A program made the translations under genes and the position numbers. Source: Octopus vulgaris (taxonomy: Eukaryota). From it: a stretch of 64,000 bases of DNA. How positions within the stretch are numbered: position 1 is the first letter of the stretch; each line of letters begins with the position of its first letter. The DNA is taken from contig OX597823.1 in NCBI GenBank assembly GCA_951406725.2, positions 17,484,001 through 17,548,000 on the forward strand. Direction: 5' to 3'. The notes beneath the pieces were generated by a model, which did no database searches, had not been told where the DNA came from, and was given only the letters and a program-made list of their open reading frames with translations. Positions 26,201-40,820 of the stretch are shown piece after piece.

Positions 26201-27239
26201 GGATGTGATCCACAGAGGACCAGCTTCATCTTAATGTATGATACATTTTCCTGTGTTGGTAATCATACCTGTCCTAAACAAAATGGCATTTATTTGACAA
26301 GTTCGAAGACGAACGAAAGCGCTGATAATAATACCTAAATTTAAAAAAAATTCTTTTTCTAAAATTCTGACGACTTCCTCTTTTTTTACAGTATTCAATA
26401 TCTGCACACTACTCCTAACATTAAAATGTAAGATTTGATCACTCGTTTTCCGTATTTAATCACTTGTTTTCCATGCCGTCGGCCACGCGATAAAATGAAA
26501 CCTACACATCTGTTGTTCCCGATGTACCATAGATTCTTATTGCTGAAGACCATACTGCATATTCTGATATGAACTGATAAATAGTAGAGTTGCAGCGTGA
26601 CAATCTGGAGATATGTTTTCTTTCCATTTCCAGGATCTGTAGATCCTGGTGGGGCGCAACCGGAGCCGGGCGAGGTGAACTCGGTCAGACTACGACAGTC
26701 GCTGTTCCTCTTCATTTATTGTTAGCGGTGTGCATCCCAGCATAATCTTTGGTGGTCAGTGACGCTATTTATGCTGGAAGTATCTGTGCATGTATGGGTT
26801 ATTGTTTATTATATTTGTATTGGCTGAGTGGAAGAAAGAGTGATTTTACGATGCTGGAAGTGTTTTATGCGTCGTAGAGTTTGGTTATGGTTTTCCAGAT
26901 AATGACAGAAACTAGAATTTGAAGCTCAGTGCGACAACAAACAGTTCTTCTTCTTCTTCTTCTTCTTACCAGGACTCACGCCATTAGCCACAAAGAATAA
27001 TCTCGAATTCGAGCCTACTCTAACCTACTAAGAATGCGTGTGGCAACTTGAAAATTCACCCACCACACACGATAGACTGGCGGTTGCACGGGTGCGAAAG
27101 CTTCGTTGTTATCCTCATTCCATAAACGGTGGCTTTTTAACGGGTGGCGAGCTGAACCATCCTGGGGTACAGAGGATTCGCAATCTAGACTAGGGTCTGA
27201 AAGTTTACACACCATAGTGGGTTACACCATGGTTCCTCT

Positions 27240-27451
27240 ACTTTGTGGCAGAAGTAGGAAGAAAGAGTGAGAGAAAGTTGTGGTGAAAGAGTACAGCGGG
27301 GTTCACCACCACCACCACCACCCCCACACCGGAACCTCGTGGAACTTAGGTGTTTTTGCTCAATAAACACACAATGCCTGGTCTGGGAATCGAAACCGCA
27401 TTCTTACGACCGCGAATCCGCTGCCCTAACCACTGGGCCATTGCACCTCCA
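27240..27451 (-). mobile_element. SINE family C (tRNA-derived head)
   Basis: Minus strand GGAGGTGCAATGGCCCAGTGGTTAGGGCAGCGGATTCGCGGTCGTAAG..GGTTTCGATTCCCAGACC; related copies at 40720-40822 and 45190-45486. Confidence 0.82.
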
Positions 27452-28954
27452 CTACAGTTGCTCCTTTAATGTCGGGGTGATTTCTCACTTCGAGTCTATA
27501 TAATGACACATGATGAATTATTTTGTGTATTTAGTTGTTTATCCTGTGGAGAGATCAGGGACCGTTTCTTTCTGTTGGTCAACTGTCGTATTTGTGAGGG
27601 CTCTAAGTATGTTTGTGCGATGTTTTGCTCTCCTATTGTAACACGTATATTGTATGAATGTTGTAAGTTACATCCAGTATTTTTCCTCCTCTCTGTGTGT
27701 TGCATCTTTGCGTTGTTAAGTGAGATGGCTGCTTGTATTTAATGTTCTTTCTCTGATGCTGCTGGTCAAATGTAAAAGTGTGGATTTGGTAAGTGCTACT
27801 CTCAGTTTGTTTGTTGGTTTGGAATAAGTTTCTACGCTATTTATTATTTGTAATAGCTGTACAGTTCTGTCTAGATACGTGTGAGTAATTGCGCGCGTGT
27901 GTGTGTGTGATGTCATCTAGTTTTGAGACTGCAACTTTTGACTGTATGTGGGAAGGTCTTGTTAAAAAAGAGTTGAAGAGAGGGCGGATCTCTGTGGTAG
28001 GTGATTCGGAAAATTGCAAATTCAGAAAGTATTGCCTTTGTACATTCTGTGGGCTTGGTCACTAGGCAAATAATTTGCTAGCAAGCATTTGTCTTGTTTG
28101 TTTAGAAGGTGTTGAGTATTTTACGTAAAAGTGTCTTGCGGGGAATGGGTACGAAAGCATAGGTGATGTCGAAGCCAGTGTGGGCTTTATTATTGGTACG
28201 TGTGAGTTTTATTATAGTTCAAATCGTCTTATATCTTCCCTAACAGGTTTGTAGGCAGTGTTAGTGGTTGAATGTAGTCGCCTGAAATATGAATTATGGC
28301 ACGAGAAAGAAAATGCGGGGGTTAGTAATATCAAGTGAAAGATTTTCTAAAATGTTTAAGGGCGCATATAAGAGGGCAATGGATCAGAATGGTGTTAACT
28401 CTCTTCCTGTTTGTTTGGCTTTAGAATTGCTATGATTTTACCTAATCACATTTTTAGTATTTGACTAAGTATCTTACTTAGCATGGATATATTATAAGAA
28501 AACCACATTCTGCGGTATTAGTATACAGATTGCTATTCTGATCTAATATTGCTTCTGTCTCTAACAACGGATTTTCACCCAGCTCACCAGCTATTTTCAA
28601 CACCAGTGACTGATTTATCACTGTTTTTATATATCAGTGGAGGCAGAATTTTGTCGAAGCATTCGGTGATGGTGGATAGCTGCTACTGATGACGCGTAAA
28701 TACGCAGAAATACCGGATCTAGCATTTCCATTGCCGCTGCTGGACGCTTTTCATTTGATACTGATAGATTTGTAGTTTTTAGCAATATACGTCGATACGA
28801 GACATTTCCTCAGTGGTGTGAATTTGTTACAATATATCCACGTGAAGGAAGCTATAAAGATTGCTACATACATGCATACATACATACATACATACATACA
28901 TACATACATACATACATACATACATACATACATACATAAAATAAAAAAAATAAT

Positions 28955-29205
28955 AAATGCACCCTTTTTAAAGCCTAGCCAGGCTCATAGGCCCGGTTTC
29001 CTGGTTTCAATGGCGTATGCGCTCCCCAGCTGGACGGGACACCAGTCCATCGTAGTGTTACTTATTTTTGCCAGCTGAGTGGACTGCAGCAACGTGAAAT
29101 GAAGTGTTTTGCTCAAAAACACAACGCGTCGCCCGGTCCAGGAATCGAAACTACAATCTTACGATCATGATGCTGACACCCTAACCACTAAGCCACGCGC
29201 CTCCA
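28955..29205 (-). mobile_element. tRNA-derived SINE (C-related head, different body) within (TACA)n
   Basis: GGAGGCGCGTGGCTTAGTGGTTAGGG..GTTTCGATTCCTGGACC..TTGAGCAAAACACTT..CGATGGACTGG.GTCCCGTCCAG. Confidence 0.82.
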
Positions 29206-29246
29206 CTACATACATACATACATGCATACATACATACATACATACA

Positions 29247-29280
<34 letters not shown>

Positions 29281-30079
29281 CGTATATGCACAAGGATATA
29301 TGTACGTATATTATATGCATGTGTCTATATAATATGTGTATCATATATATGAAACAGTTGTATGTTTTGCATTGGTTGACAGAAGAACAAAGTTATCGTT
29401 TACAAAATATGTTGCGACGAATAATAGAAAAATAGATATTTATACCAAGTAAATCAGTTCATGTGTGTTCGTGAGAGACATGCGTCCATAATGTTATCGG
29501 ACTGTACTAGTCGTTGCATCCCGTAACCGAAGCTGAGTGGCATAAGTCTTCGCTGTGTTGCGATCACAGATCACATACGGTCAGTTACCAGACGAATCAT
29601 TTATATATAGCCATAGTCTGTAATAGAAAAGTCGCCAAAGACAAAATTTTTATTGAGATTTCAATGTATTCATTATCCCAAAATGGCTGTTTACAACAAC
29701 TGAGATTCTAACGAGTCAAGCATCTGCTAGGCCTATTGTATTTTTTGCCGGTTATTTCAGTTACTGATAAAAACAAGTTAATGTGTTTATCAGAGACATG
29801 ATTGACAGATGATTGCTGACGTCATCAATATTTGACAGGTTTCTATTCACGTCTGAATGCAGTGACTTTGGGTTCGATTCCTAGGCAATGAATTGGTGTT
29901 TGGGATTTTGCCAGCATTTTCCCTACATATATATGTAAATAGACGGATATTATATGTCATGCACACACACACACGCAGACACACACACACACACATGCAC
30001 GCACAGATATCTTATCTCTTTCTCTCTCTCTCACTTCCCCCTCCCTCTCTCTTTCTCTCTCTCTTTTCATTATTTTATT

Positions 30080-30296
30080 ATTTTACTTATTTCCGTCATA
30101 TGGCTGCGGCCATGTTGGAGTACCTCCTTCAAGGGTTTCAGTTAAAGAAATCGACCCTACGACTTGTTTTTGTAAATCTGGTAGTTATTCTATCGGTGTC
30201 TATTGCTGAACTGCTAAGTTACGGGGACGTAAACTCACCAGCATCGGTTGTCAAATGATGGCCGGGGGGGGGACAAACACACATACATACACACAC

Positions 30297-30346
<50 letters not shown>

Positions 30347-30508
30347 CGGGCTTCTTTCAGTTTCCATTTACCAAATCCACTCACAAAGCTTTGGTCGGCC
30401 CTAGGCTATAGTAGAAGATATTTACCCAAGGTTCCACGCAGTGGGACTGAACCCAGAGCCATGTAGTTGAGAAGTAAGCTTCTTACCACACAGCCACGGC
30501 TACACCTA
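30080..30508 (-). mobile_element. SINE family B with internal (TA)n
   Basis: Homology to other B copies. Confidence 0.85.
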
Positions 30509-30552
30509 TACATATATATGCACACATACATACAATGTGTGTGTGTGTGTGA

Positions 30553-30625
<73 letters not shown>

Positions 30626-30629
30626 CAAA

Positions 30630-30667
<38 letters not shown>

Positions 30668-31246
30668 GATATCTGAATTGATACTATCGATCCCAGTTAC
30701 AGACTTGTACCTTGTTTTATCCACACTGCAATGATAAAAAGCACGACTCGAAACTCAGAATGTAAAGAATGAGAACAAATCTCGTGAGACATTTTCTCCG
30801 ACGCTCTAACAACTCTGCCAGCTCAACGCTTTAACTCGCCTGCCAAGCAATGAATAGAATTCCTTGATAACCAACATAACTGACGGTCCTTTTCAAAACT
30901 TATTTAAAACTTATGTATTTAGGTTTACCTTATTGTCCTTTTATGTGCAAATAATATTATTACATTTGTAAATATCATAAAAAATGTTTACACACAATTG
31001 CACACTGTTCTCTTTCTTTCTGCCTGTCTGTCTTTCTTTCATTCTATCTTTTTTTAGAACTAGGTGCAGGAATGTAAAATGACAGAATTTATTGTTATGA
31101 AGGTCATCTTCAAGGTCATATTCTGCACAGATCCAACACAAAATAACAGACAAATATTGGTTGCTGTTGTTTTTGTTGGTCTATTGTTTGACCCTAGGCC
31201 AGCTTTGAGCCAACATTTATGTGAGCTACGCCTGTCCTGTTATATA

Positions 31247-31632
31247 TTGGGTTGTTAGGAAAGTTCGTGCCGATTTATAGTAGCTTAAGTTTCGACTTAT
31301 TTTAGAACATGGTTGAGTCCATAAAATAGGATTTGACTACACCTCCATTTAGAGCACAATTTAAGCTATCTTTTCGTGGAAGAAGGTTTATGTTCCTATA
31401 ACCTGTGTTAATTCTGTAACACTTTAAAATGGAAGATAAGAAAGTTCATTTTCGGCACTTGATGCTTTAGGAACCAGACAAAAATTGCTGCAGCTCTGCT
31501 AGGATGTGTTACCCCACCTTCCATATTCACCAGATATTGGCCCTTCGGATTTCCACTTATTCAGGTCTCTGTAGAATAGTTTTAATGGTAAAAATTTCAA
31601 TTCTTTGGATGACGTAAAAAGATACCTTGATG
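31247..31632 (+). mobile_element. Second copy of mariner derivative M1, 3'-truncated
   Basis: Same TIR and same internal deletion junction as 23690-24254. Confidence 0.9.
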
Positions 31633-31649
31633 CGCCTATATATATATGA

Positions 31650-32512
31650 TGGTCGTTCACTCGTGAGCGAGGAAGACGATTGCTGACTTTTAGGAACATT
31701 GTACGCGCTAGGACTAACGTATAGTTTGCACTTGAGGTTCCGTTGGTGGCTAATGAGCCCTGCTCCTGACAAGCATACACGATTACAAACATTGCAAATC
31801 AAGCTTTCTCCCATCCACTACTCTAGCAATGCGCTTTCGAGTAGCATACTTAAATTCTTCATGCAGAATACGTGCTTTCTCAAAAGTGTGGACCCCTCCT
31901 TAACCTGCTCCCTCCATTTTTGACGATGACAGGCATTGCTCTCCCAGTCGGTTTCTTGCATATCACAGGTCTTTAATGAGGACGTGACGCAATCCTTAAA
32001 TCATAGCCTTGGTTTTTGCCGGGGTCTCTTTCCACTAACAAGTTCCCTATATAACATCTGTTTAGGGATCCTGCTATCCTTCATTCTAATAAGGTGTCCA
32101 GTCCAACGTAACCGGTGCTTGTGCACCATCGTCTCAATACTCAAGATATCATCTTCCTTCAGGACCTGTGAGTCTGGAGTTTTTAAGGTCCAGCCAACAT
32201 TTAGAATGTGTCTCAGACATCTCTGATGAAAACATTCAAGGACCTTTACATGACGTTTCTAAAGGGTCCATGTCTCACATGAGTAAAGGAGCGATGTCAG
32301 TACACATGCACGGTTCGCAGCAATTTTTGTTTGCCTTGTGATGCTATGCTGGGACCAAACACGAGACTGAAGATACTGGAAGGAATCAGTTGCTCTCTGC
32401 AGCCCGAAAGATATTTCATCATCCTGGGAGCAAGAACGGTTCAGTGTGCTGCCCAGGTAGACAAACTTATCTATCACTTTCAGTATTGTTCCTTCAACCA
32501 AGATGGTTCCGC

Positions 32513-32513
<1 letters not shown>
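31650..32513 (-). mobile_element. RTE (BovB-like) LINE 3' fragment
   Basis: IDKFVYLGSTL..DDEISF..QSRVW..TKI..RACVLTSLLYSCETWTL, FHQRCLRHIL, and C-terminal finger CNVCNRVCLSGAGLISHQR; stops present. Confidence 0.88.
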
Positions 32514-32570
<57 letters not shown>

Positions 32571-32581
32571 ACACCCACACC

Positions 32582-32622
<41 letters not shown>

Positions 32623-32666
32623 CCACACATATATATATAACATATGGTATAATTGTATATATGGTA

Positions 32667-32722
<56 letters not shown>

Positions 32723-32724
<2 letters not shown>

Positions 32725-33360
32725 CGCAGGAGTGGCTGTGTGGTAAGTAGCTTGCTAACCAATCACATGGTTCCGGGTTCAGTCCCACTGCGTGGCATCT
32801 TGGGCAAGTGTCTTCTGCTATAGCCCCGGGCCGACCAATGCTTTGTGAGTGGATTTGGTAGACGGAAACTGAAAGAAGCCTGTCGTATATATGTATATAT
32901 ATATATATATGTGTGTGTGTATATGTTTGTGTGTCTATGTTTGTCCCCCTAGCATTGCTTGACAACCGATGCTGGTGTGTTTACGTCCCCGTCACTTAGC
33001 GGTTCGGCAAAAGACACCGATAGAATAAGTACTGGGCTTACAAAGAATAAGTCCCGGGGTCGATTTGCTCGACTAAAGACGGTGCTCCAGCATGGCCGCA
33101 GTCAAATGACTGAAACAAGTAAAAGAGTAAAAGAGTATATAACTGTGTGTCTTTTTGTTTGTATTTGTCCCCCAGCCACATGACAACAAATGTTGGTTTG
33201 TTTACGTCCCTGTAACTCAACGATTCAGTAAAAGATACCAACAGAAAAAAAGTACCAATCTTGAAAAAAAAAATGTACTGGGGACAATTATTTTGACTAA
33301 AGCCCTTTAAAACGGTATCCCATCATGGCCGCAATTAAGTGACTGAAACAAGTAAAAGGT
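32723..33360 (+). mobile_element. SINE-B full copy (32723-33136) plus an older second 3' half
   Basis: Homology to other B copies. Confidence 0.88.
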
Positions 33361-33850
33361 AATCCATGAAATATAAGAATCAGTGTTTCCCTCCACCGTT
33401 CTGCCGTTGCTTTTGTTACTGTTTAACCCCAGGCCAGCTGTGATCATCCCATCATTTTATTATTTTAGGATTATCCAGGATTACATTATCCAATGTCTCA
33501 ATTTTTAACGGAAGACGGCAAGACGTGATTTAAGGGTGATTTAGTTGCTATTTCTAGCAACTCAATCGACTTCATAGAGTCTCCCTGGCCGATCCGTAGG
33601 GGTGTAATTAACTTCATCGACCAACCTCACCACTGTAAAACAAAACTGGTGCGTATTTTATTGAGTGGGTGTTTGAGGAAATGATAAAAGATATTGTTAA
33701 TTATAATTACATCAATGCTCTCTGCGGTAATTAAAAACTAATGATTATTTTATCGACATTTGAGGAAGATTAAAATGGAGTTTATTTTACGATCCTTCAC
33801 CTACCTTCATATAAGGCTGTTGCATTGTTTATTGAGGGTGGATTGGAGGG

Positions 33851-33851
33851 A

Positions 33852-33936
<85 letters not shown>

Positions 33937-34100
33937 CCACTGGCACCATCATTACTCCTCCACAGCCACCACCACCACCACCACCGTTACCACGACCACC
34001 ACGACCACTGTCACTACCACCACCACCACCACCACATCATCATCATCATCATCATCGTCATCATCATCATCATCATCATCATCGTAATCATGATCATCAA
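33851..34100. repeat. (ATT)n-(CCA)n-(CAT)n compound microsatellite
   Basis: Direct. Confidence 0.95.
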
Positions 34101-34431
34101 GAACAACGCAAACAAAATTATTGTGCAAATATTTCAAACACTTTGTATTTTATTGTCTAAACTACAATGGAATTAAAGCCGCACCATTTCATGACTAAAC
34201 ATTGAAACAAATGAAACATAAAAACAAAAATAAAGAACAGCTGGCCAATGTCTATCAGATGTCATGGCTGGATTTATGGCAAAAAAATCGTTGTCCCTAC
34301 TTTTATTGACTTTAGCCAAAAAGAAATTTTTAAAAAATGTTTTTCTATTTTACACTGCGTTAGATTCAACTAGATCCGATTATAAAAGCTAACAGTAATA
34401 TATAAGTATATATGTGTGTATAGGGCATGGG

Positions 34432-34607
34432 CTGGAAGAATTATTAGCACACTGGGCAAAATGCTTAGCAGCATTTCATCCGTCTTTACGTCCTGAGTTC
34501 AAATTCTGCCGAGGTCGACTTTCATCTTTTCGGGGGGATCGATAAAATAAGTACCAGTCGAGCAACCCCGCCGAAATTTCTGGCCTTGTGCCAAAATTTG
34601 AAACCGA
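34432..34607 (+). mobile_element. SINE-A, short-tail variant (ggccttgtgccaaaatttgaaacc)
   Basis: Head and core homology to family A. Confidence 0.8.
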
Positions 34608-34623
34608 TATATATATATATATT

Positions 34624-34672
<49 letters not shown>

Positions 34673-34829
34673 GCGCGTGTGTATATATTATTCAAAATAA
34701 GACATCTGTATATAGAGATTTTATCAATGCAAACATGCAGAAGTGCTTCATGTGGACACAAATTAGATTATAAACCCTTATATACACTATCTATCTATAT
34801 ATCTATCTATCTATCTATCTCTCTATCTC

Positions 34830-34879
<50 letters not shown>

Positions 34880-34881
34880 AA

Positions 34882-34956
<75 letters not shown>

Positions 34957-35127
34957 CATATATATATAGGAAAATGTGTTGTTGAAAATGCACCGAAATT
35001 TCAAAAACCCGTAAATGTTTAAAATACATCTATTTACATATATACCAAACTAGTTTCAACAATATCTTTTTTTTTATCAATGGTAAAAGTTTAAAATTAG
35101 AAAAACATCTTTAAAAGTTGTTTCTAC

Positions 35128-36797
35128 TTGACTAGATTTGACTGCAAAACCAGTAACTTCTATGGACTTCCCAAAATCCACAAAAGTGAGGCCCTAAACG
35201 AAGCCTGTAACAAATCAACTTCTATAGTCATAAATATTCCAGACCCGAGAGATCTCAAAATGAGACCAACTGTGACTGGTCCCTCGTGGGAGACACACAG
35301 ACTCAGTAACTTTATTGACGTTCTCCTCAAACCTATTCTCCAACATATGCTGAGCTTTATACGGGGTGATGTGGACTTTTTAAACCATCTCCCGAACAAA
35401 ACCAGAAAAAAAATCCCTCCAGATCTCATTCGATGTAATAAACCTCTACACCTCAATTCCTCACGAATACGGAATAATAGCCATACAATACAGGCTGGAA
35501 AATTCCCAAATGACATTCCTGACAGAATCGGAAAAGAATTCATCGTTGAAGAAATAAATTCATCCTACAGAACAACTTCAATTTCAACGAAAACACTTAC
35601 AGACAAACATCGGGCACAGCGATGGGAACGAGGGTAGCGTCTACTTTTGCCAACCTTGTCATGGCATACTTGAAAGTGCATATATACGAACACGCTAGAT
35701 GGAAATTTGGAGACAACTTCCAAAAATACTTACTCACCAAATGGAAACGCTACCTGGATGACTGTCTCATCCTGTGGCCACATAACCTTGAACAACTCTC
35801 AAAATTTAAAAACTTAATCAACAACATTAACCGCAGTATCCAGTTTACAATGGAGTACAGCCACAAACAACTACCCTTCCTGGACATCTTAATAATAAAG
35901 AGAGATACTGAAATTGAAACCGACATCTTCTTCAAACAAACGGACTCAAAACAATATCTTCTATTCTCCTCTTGCCACTCAAAACATACTAAAATAAATA
36001 TACCGTTCAACTTAGCGAGAAGAATTTGCACGATTGCATCAGATACCGAAACTCGAGAAAAGCGACTGCAAGAACTTAAAAACACATTACTAGTTAGAAA
36101 ATACCCGGTCAGTCTAATCAAAAATGGAATAGAACGTGCAAAAATGATAGACATCCAAGAGTTACGGATGACACACTTATGACACACTTAAAACTCTATC
36201 TTACATATCAACACACAATCCAAGAAACATGGAACCATACAACATCATCCACCAAAACATACCTCTCCTTATGAAGGATCTACAAATGAAAAAGGCACTA
36301 GAAAAAAAATGTATTAAAAGCTAGCGACAAACGCAATCCCTAAAAAAATACTCACCAGCACCAAATTACCCACCAAAAATACAACCCCAAAAGTCAAAAA
36401 GTCGAACCGTCCTAACTGCGGAACTTGCATCTTCCTCTCAGAGGGTTCAACATACAAATTTAAGTCAGGTCAAACTTTTACCATAAAATATCACTTCACC
36501 TGTGCTTCGAAGAACTTAATCTATGTTCTTAAATGTGGAGGTTGTGGTGGTGAGTACATTGCTCAAACTAGCTTAACTTTGAGGGATAGACTTACGGTGC
36601 ACAGGCAACAAATCCAAGAACCCACTACTAGGAATATTCCCGTAAGCAAGCACCTAGACCAATGCCCCGTAGACATAAACCCTAAATACCAAATCTTCCA
36701 TCTCTATCAATGCACTGGAAACGGTTCAACCCAATTCCGTTTAAATACAGAAAACATACTGATTAAAAAATATAAACCACAGCTGAATATCCTTTAG
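35128..36797 (+). pseudogene. Penelope-like retroelement: reverse transcriptase and GIY-YIG endonuclease, frameshifted
   Basis: FYGLPKIHK, MRP, MGTRVASTFANL, WKRYLDD, IQFTME, LPFLD, SSCH..HTK; then NLIYVLKCGGCGGEYIAQT..LRDRLTVH..SKHL..E..LIKKYKPQLN. Confidence 0.93.
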
Positions 36798-37399
36798 AAA
36801 GAAGAAAAAGCAGTAAAAAGAAAAAAAAAAGGACTCAATTTCAACACTGTAGTATGCAGACGACTGTCTTCTTGTGCCAATACTCAGAAGAATTTTCGAA
36901 CTGTCCTTGCCGTGATTGTGAGAGCGTACAGTATAATGGAGATAACCTGTCATTGCCATCAAGACTAAAATATTCTGCCAGTAGAAAATTAATAACTTAC
37001 CCATTCGTACCAGCTTTCAGCTTTGGGGTGAACAACTATCAGTAGTATAATGTTATAAAAAATCTAAGGAGCATTCTCTCTGAAGTTTGTAGCTTTGGCA
37101 GCAATATCAAGGGGCGCATTTTACAGAACATTGGCATTGTTTTAGAACAAGAATCTGAATTCTTCCGGAAAGGTCAACGTGAATTTTTCATCACATTTTT
37201 TTCTGCGATCTTCTCAAAGAGTTTAAATTGAGATAGAGAAAAATCGTGATGAAAACTTCCTAGGGACATAACTAAAAGCTGAAGTAAACAGCCACCAGTG
37301 AGTACATATGTCAATATGTAATAAAATCGATGTCAACATTCGGTTTCAGATCAAAATTCCTGCCAAACAATTTAAAAGATTACTTACACACACACAAAT

Positions 37400-37552
37400 A
37401 TACGGCGAGCTTCTTTCAGTTTTTGTCTACTAAATCCACTCAAGGCTTTGGTCGGCCCGAGGCTATAGAAGAAGACACTTGCCCAATGTACCAAGCAGTG
37501 AGACTGGACCTCGAACCATGTGACTGAGAAGCAAACTTCTTACCACGCAGCG
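37400..37552 (-). mobile_element. SINE-B 5' half, degenerate
   Basis: Homology to B heads. Confidence 0.75.
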
Positions 37553-37580
37553 AGTCACAGACAAATGTATGTATGTTTAT

Positions 37581-37634
<54 letters not shown>

Positions 37635-38053
37635 TTATAAATGAGGGTGAAAAATTGATATTAATTTAATAATACCATTAATTTAACACCGAGTGGCTTA
37701 GCACAAAAAACTACGGAGAAAATACAAATTTATACATAAATTATTAGAGAGTTAACCACTATGTGGATAACTCTAGTGCTAAAAATAGCCCCGATAGTAT
37801 AGCCACAGAAAAAAGATGTTTCCAATTAGAAATAACATATATTTAACGGAAGGAAAGTGAAATATAACGAATAAATAGATTGACCCTGAACAAATTGTTT
37901 CATTACTAATGTAATATGTAATTTTACTTACATAAACATCTATAAATCATCAGCAGAGGTTTGTCTTAAATACAATCTATTAGACCGACACGAGCGTCAA
38001 AAACACGTGCGGTTTAACGAATTGCATTTTTAGTTATGCCTATATATATATAT

Positions 38054-38269
38054 AGTTAATCCAAACATGAAAACACAAAGAGAAAACACAACAACGCGAG
38101 GACGTGGAACAAATATAGTATTATTGGACGCTCAGGAAGGAAGGGAAGAAGGAGGGTCTAACGTTTCGAGCGGAGCTCTTCGTCGGAAAACATAGGGGAA
38201 GAAAAGATCCAGAGAAGGGAAGACAGAGGGAAAAAATCGCCAACAGTACACACGCGGACACATTTTGAA

Positions 38270-38271
<2 letters not shown>
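38054..38271 (-). mobile_element. Short non-coding element HH-2 (copy a) with hammerhead-like motif at 38156-38191
   Basis: Near-identical to 47171-47340; inserted in (TA)n; gtttt-CCGACGA-a-gagc-tcc-gctc-GAAA-c-GTT-agac. Confidence 0.68.
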
Positions 38272-38342
<71 letters not shown>

Positions 38343-38508
38343 TAATATAGATGTATGTGTGGGTGAGTGCATGTATGAGAATATTAGTGAATGGGCTTAT
38401 GTCGCGTCTCAAGTTAAAAAATAAGATACTGATTGGTGATAGGCCTGGCATAGTTTTTCTTTAAATGGTTGCAAAATTAGAGATACATTATATATATATG
38501 TCTGTGTG

Positions 38509-38596
<88 letters not shown>

Positions 38597-38655
38597 ATAT
38601 ACATATATATATATAACACACACATATATATAAATACACATATATATATAATATA

Positions 38656-38728
<73 letters not shown>

Positions 38729-39134
38729 GTGTGTGTGTACATATATACAAACATACATATATACACTTACACCACATTAAAATATGAATTTTACGAAGCG
38801 GTTGTAATTCCCAAAATACACATTATAAGTGAATAAGATAGCAAAATAACTTTACTCATTATTGAAGTCTACCTGAAAGCAATATTTAAAAAAATATTTA
38901 TCTAATATATTTTCTTTGAGTGAATATCAATATTTTCGTCCCGTCTCATGCTGCTGACGTAAAATGAATTAGTGCCAATTAATCGATATGTGCCACACAT
39001 ATCTGAATAATTTATAGAAAACTATTTTTAAACTGTTATTGATTTAGCAAAAGTTTCTCGAATAGCTTTAAGCAACAATCAAATATCTATGTAATTGCGG
39101 TGTGGACGTGTGCGTAGAATCATTCATCATTTAC

Positions 39135-39214
<80 letters not shown>

Positions 39215-39225
39215 GTATATATATG

Positions 39226-39270
<45 letters not shown>

Positions 39271-39273
39271 ATG

Positions 39274-39324
<51 letters not shown>

Positions 39325-39504
39325 ATATATATGTATATATATGAATGTATATATATATATGCATATATATATATATATATGTATGTGTGTATGTGTGTGC
39401 GTGTGTTTGTGTATGTGTTTGCGTGTGTGTATGTGCACGTGTGCATCTGTGTGTGTGTTATTCTTTATATGCAGATGTACATAAATATGAGTATAATTAT
39501 GTAT

Positions 39505-39550
<46 letters not shown>

Positions 39551-39645
39551 CTGTTTATACTTATGTACATATATAGTTCACACGTGCATATAGATATATA
39601 CATACATACATACGTACATATATATTATATATAAATTATGTATAT

Positions 39646-39715
<70 letters not shown>

Positions 39716-39760
39716 TATGATATATACATAACTTTATATATATATATATATATATATAAT
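38272..39760. repeat. Large (TA)n/(TG)n/(CA)n compound microsatellite field
   Basis: Direct; source of the many YIYI-type ORFs. Confidence 0.95.
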
Positions 39761-40284
39761 AGAACATACACACACAGAGAAATCCACAGACACACACATA
39801 CACACACGGGCGCGCATATATTTTTCATACAATTTACTGGAGGTCAACTTCTTAATGGGGAATAAGTTACGGGAAGAAATATTTTTCGGAAGAAATCAAT
39901 ATTTCAGCGATGACTTATTTCAAGAAACATTGAATATTCGACATTTTTAAAGTTTAAGTTAGAGGAACCAGCACGTACCAATATGTGATACAGTTTAGCA
40001 GAGTAATTGCTGCGTTTGGTCTTTGACTATCAAAGCGATAATAAGGTTTTATACATAATATCAGTTTACGTTTTGTTTCACTTCTCAGTAATGCATCGAT
40101 CAGAATTTATAAATTTATAATTTGATAGTTTTCTACGTTTCCTGAGTAAATCAAAGGCCTCCCCTTCTCATTCCCGCTTTCTAAATCTCTCTGTCTATAT
40201 ATATATATCCGTACATTTTTGTAGTCTTCGTCTTCTGTTTTCTGTAAATTTGTATATGTATGTATGTATGAATGTATGTATGTG

Positions 40285-40343
<59 letters not shown>

Positions 40344-40431
40344 ATATATATGTGTGTGTGTGTGTCTTTCTATCTCTCTTTCCCTCCCCCTCTCTCCGCC
40401 TCCTATCTCTGTCCCTCCCCCTCTCTCCTTC

Positions 40432-40470
<39 letters not shown>

Positions 40471-40719
40471 ATCATTACAGATATAGAGTAAAGAATTATT
40501 AAATTAATAATTAATAAATTTTACCAAGTAGTTTCGGTATGGAAAAAAAAAACATTATCGGTAAAAACTTGTACAAAAAGTTTTTTGATATACAATAATA
40601 AATATAATTAAGGGTTTAGTAACAAGTTGCTTCACCACATACCGAAAAATTAGAAATAGCAACGAAAAGACACCTAATTCTTTTCACTACAAATATGACT
40701 CCACAGACAACAATAATTT

Positions 40720-40820
40720 AGGAGCTTTAGGTGTTTTCGCTCAATAAACACTCACAATGCTTTGTCTAGGAATCGAAATGACCGCGAGTCCGCTGCCCTA
40801 ACCACTGGGCCATTGCGCCT

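Noticed and set aside
26737-26778. TCTTTGGT (miR-9-like start) within a hairpin
   Set aside because: The would-be mature sequence spans the loop and diverges from miR-9 after 8 nt.
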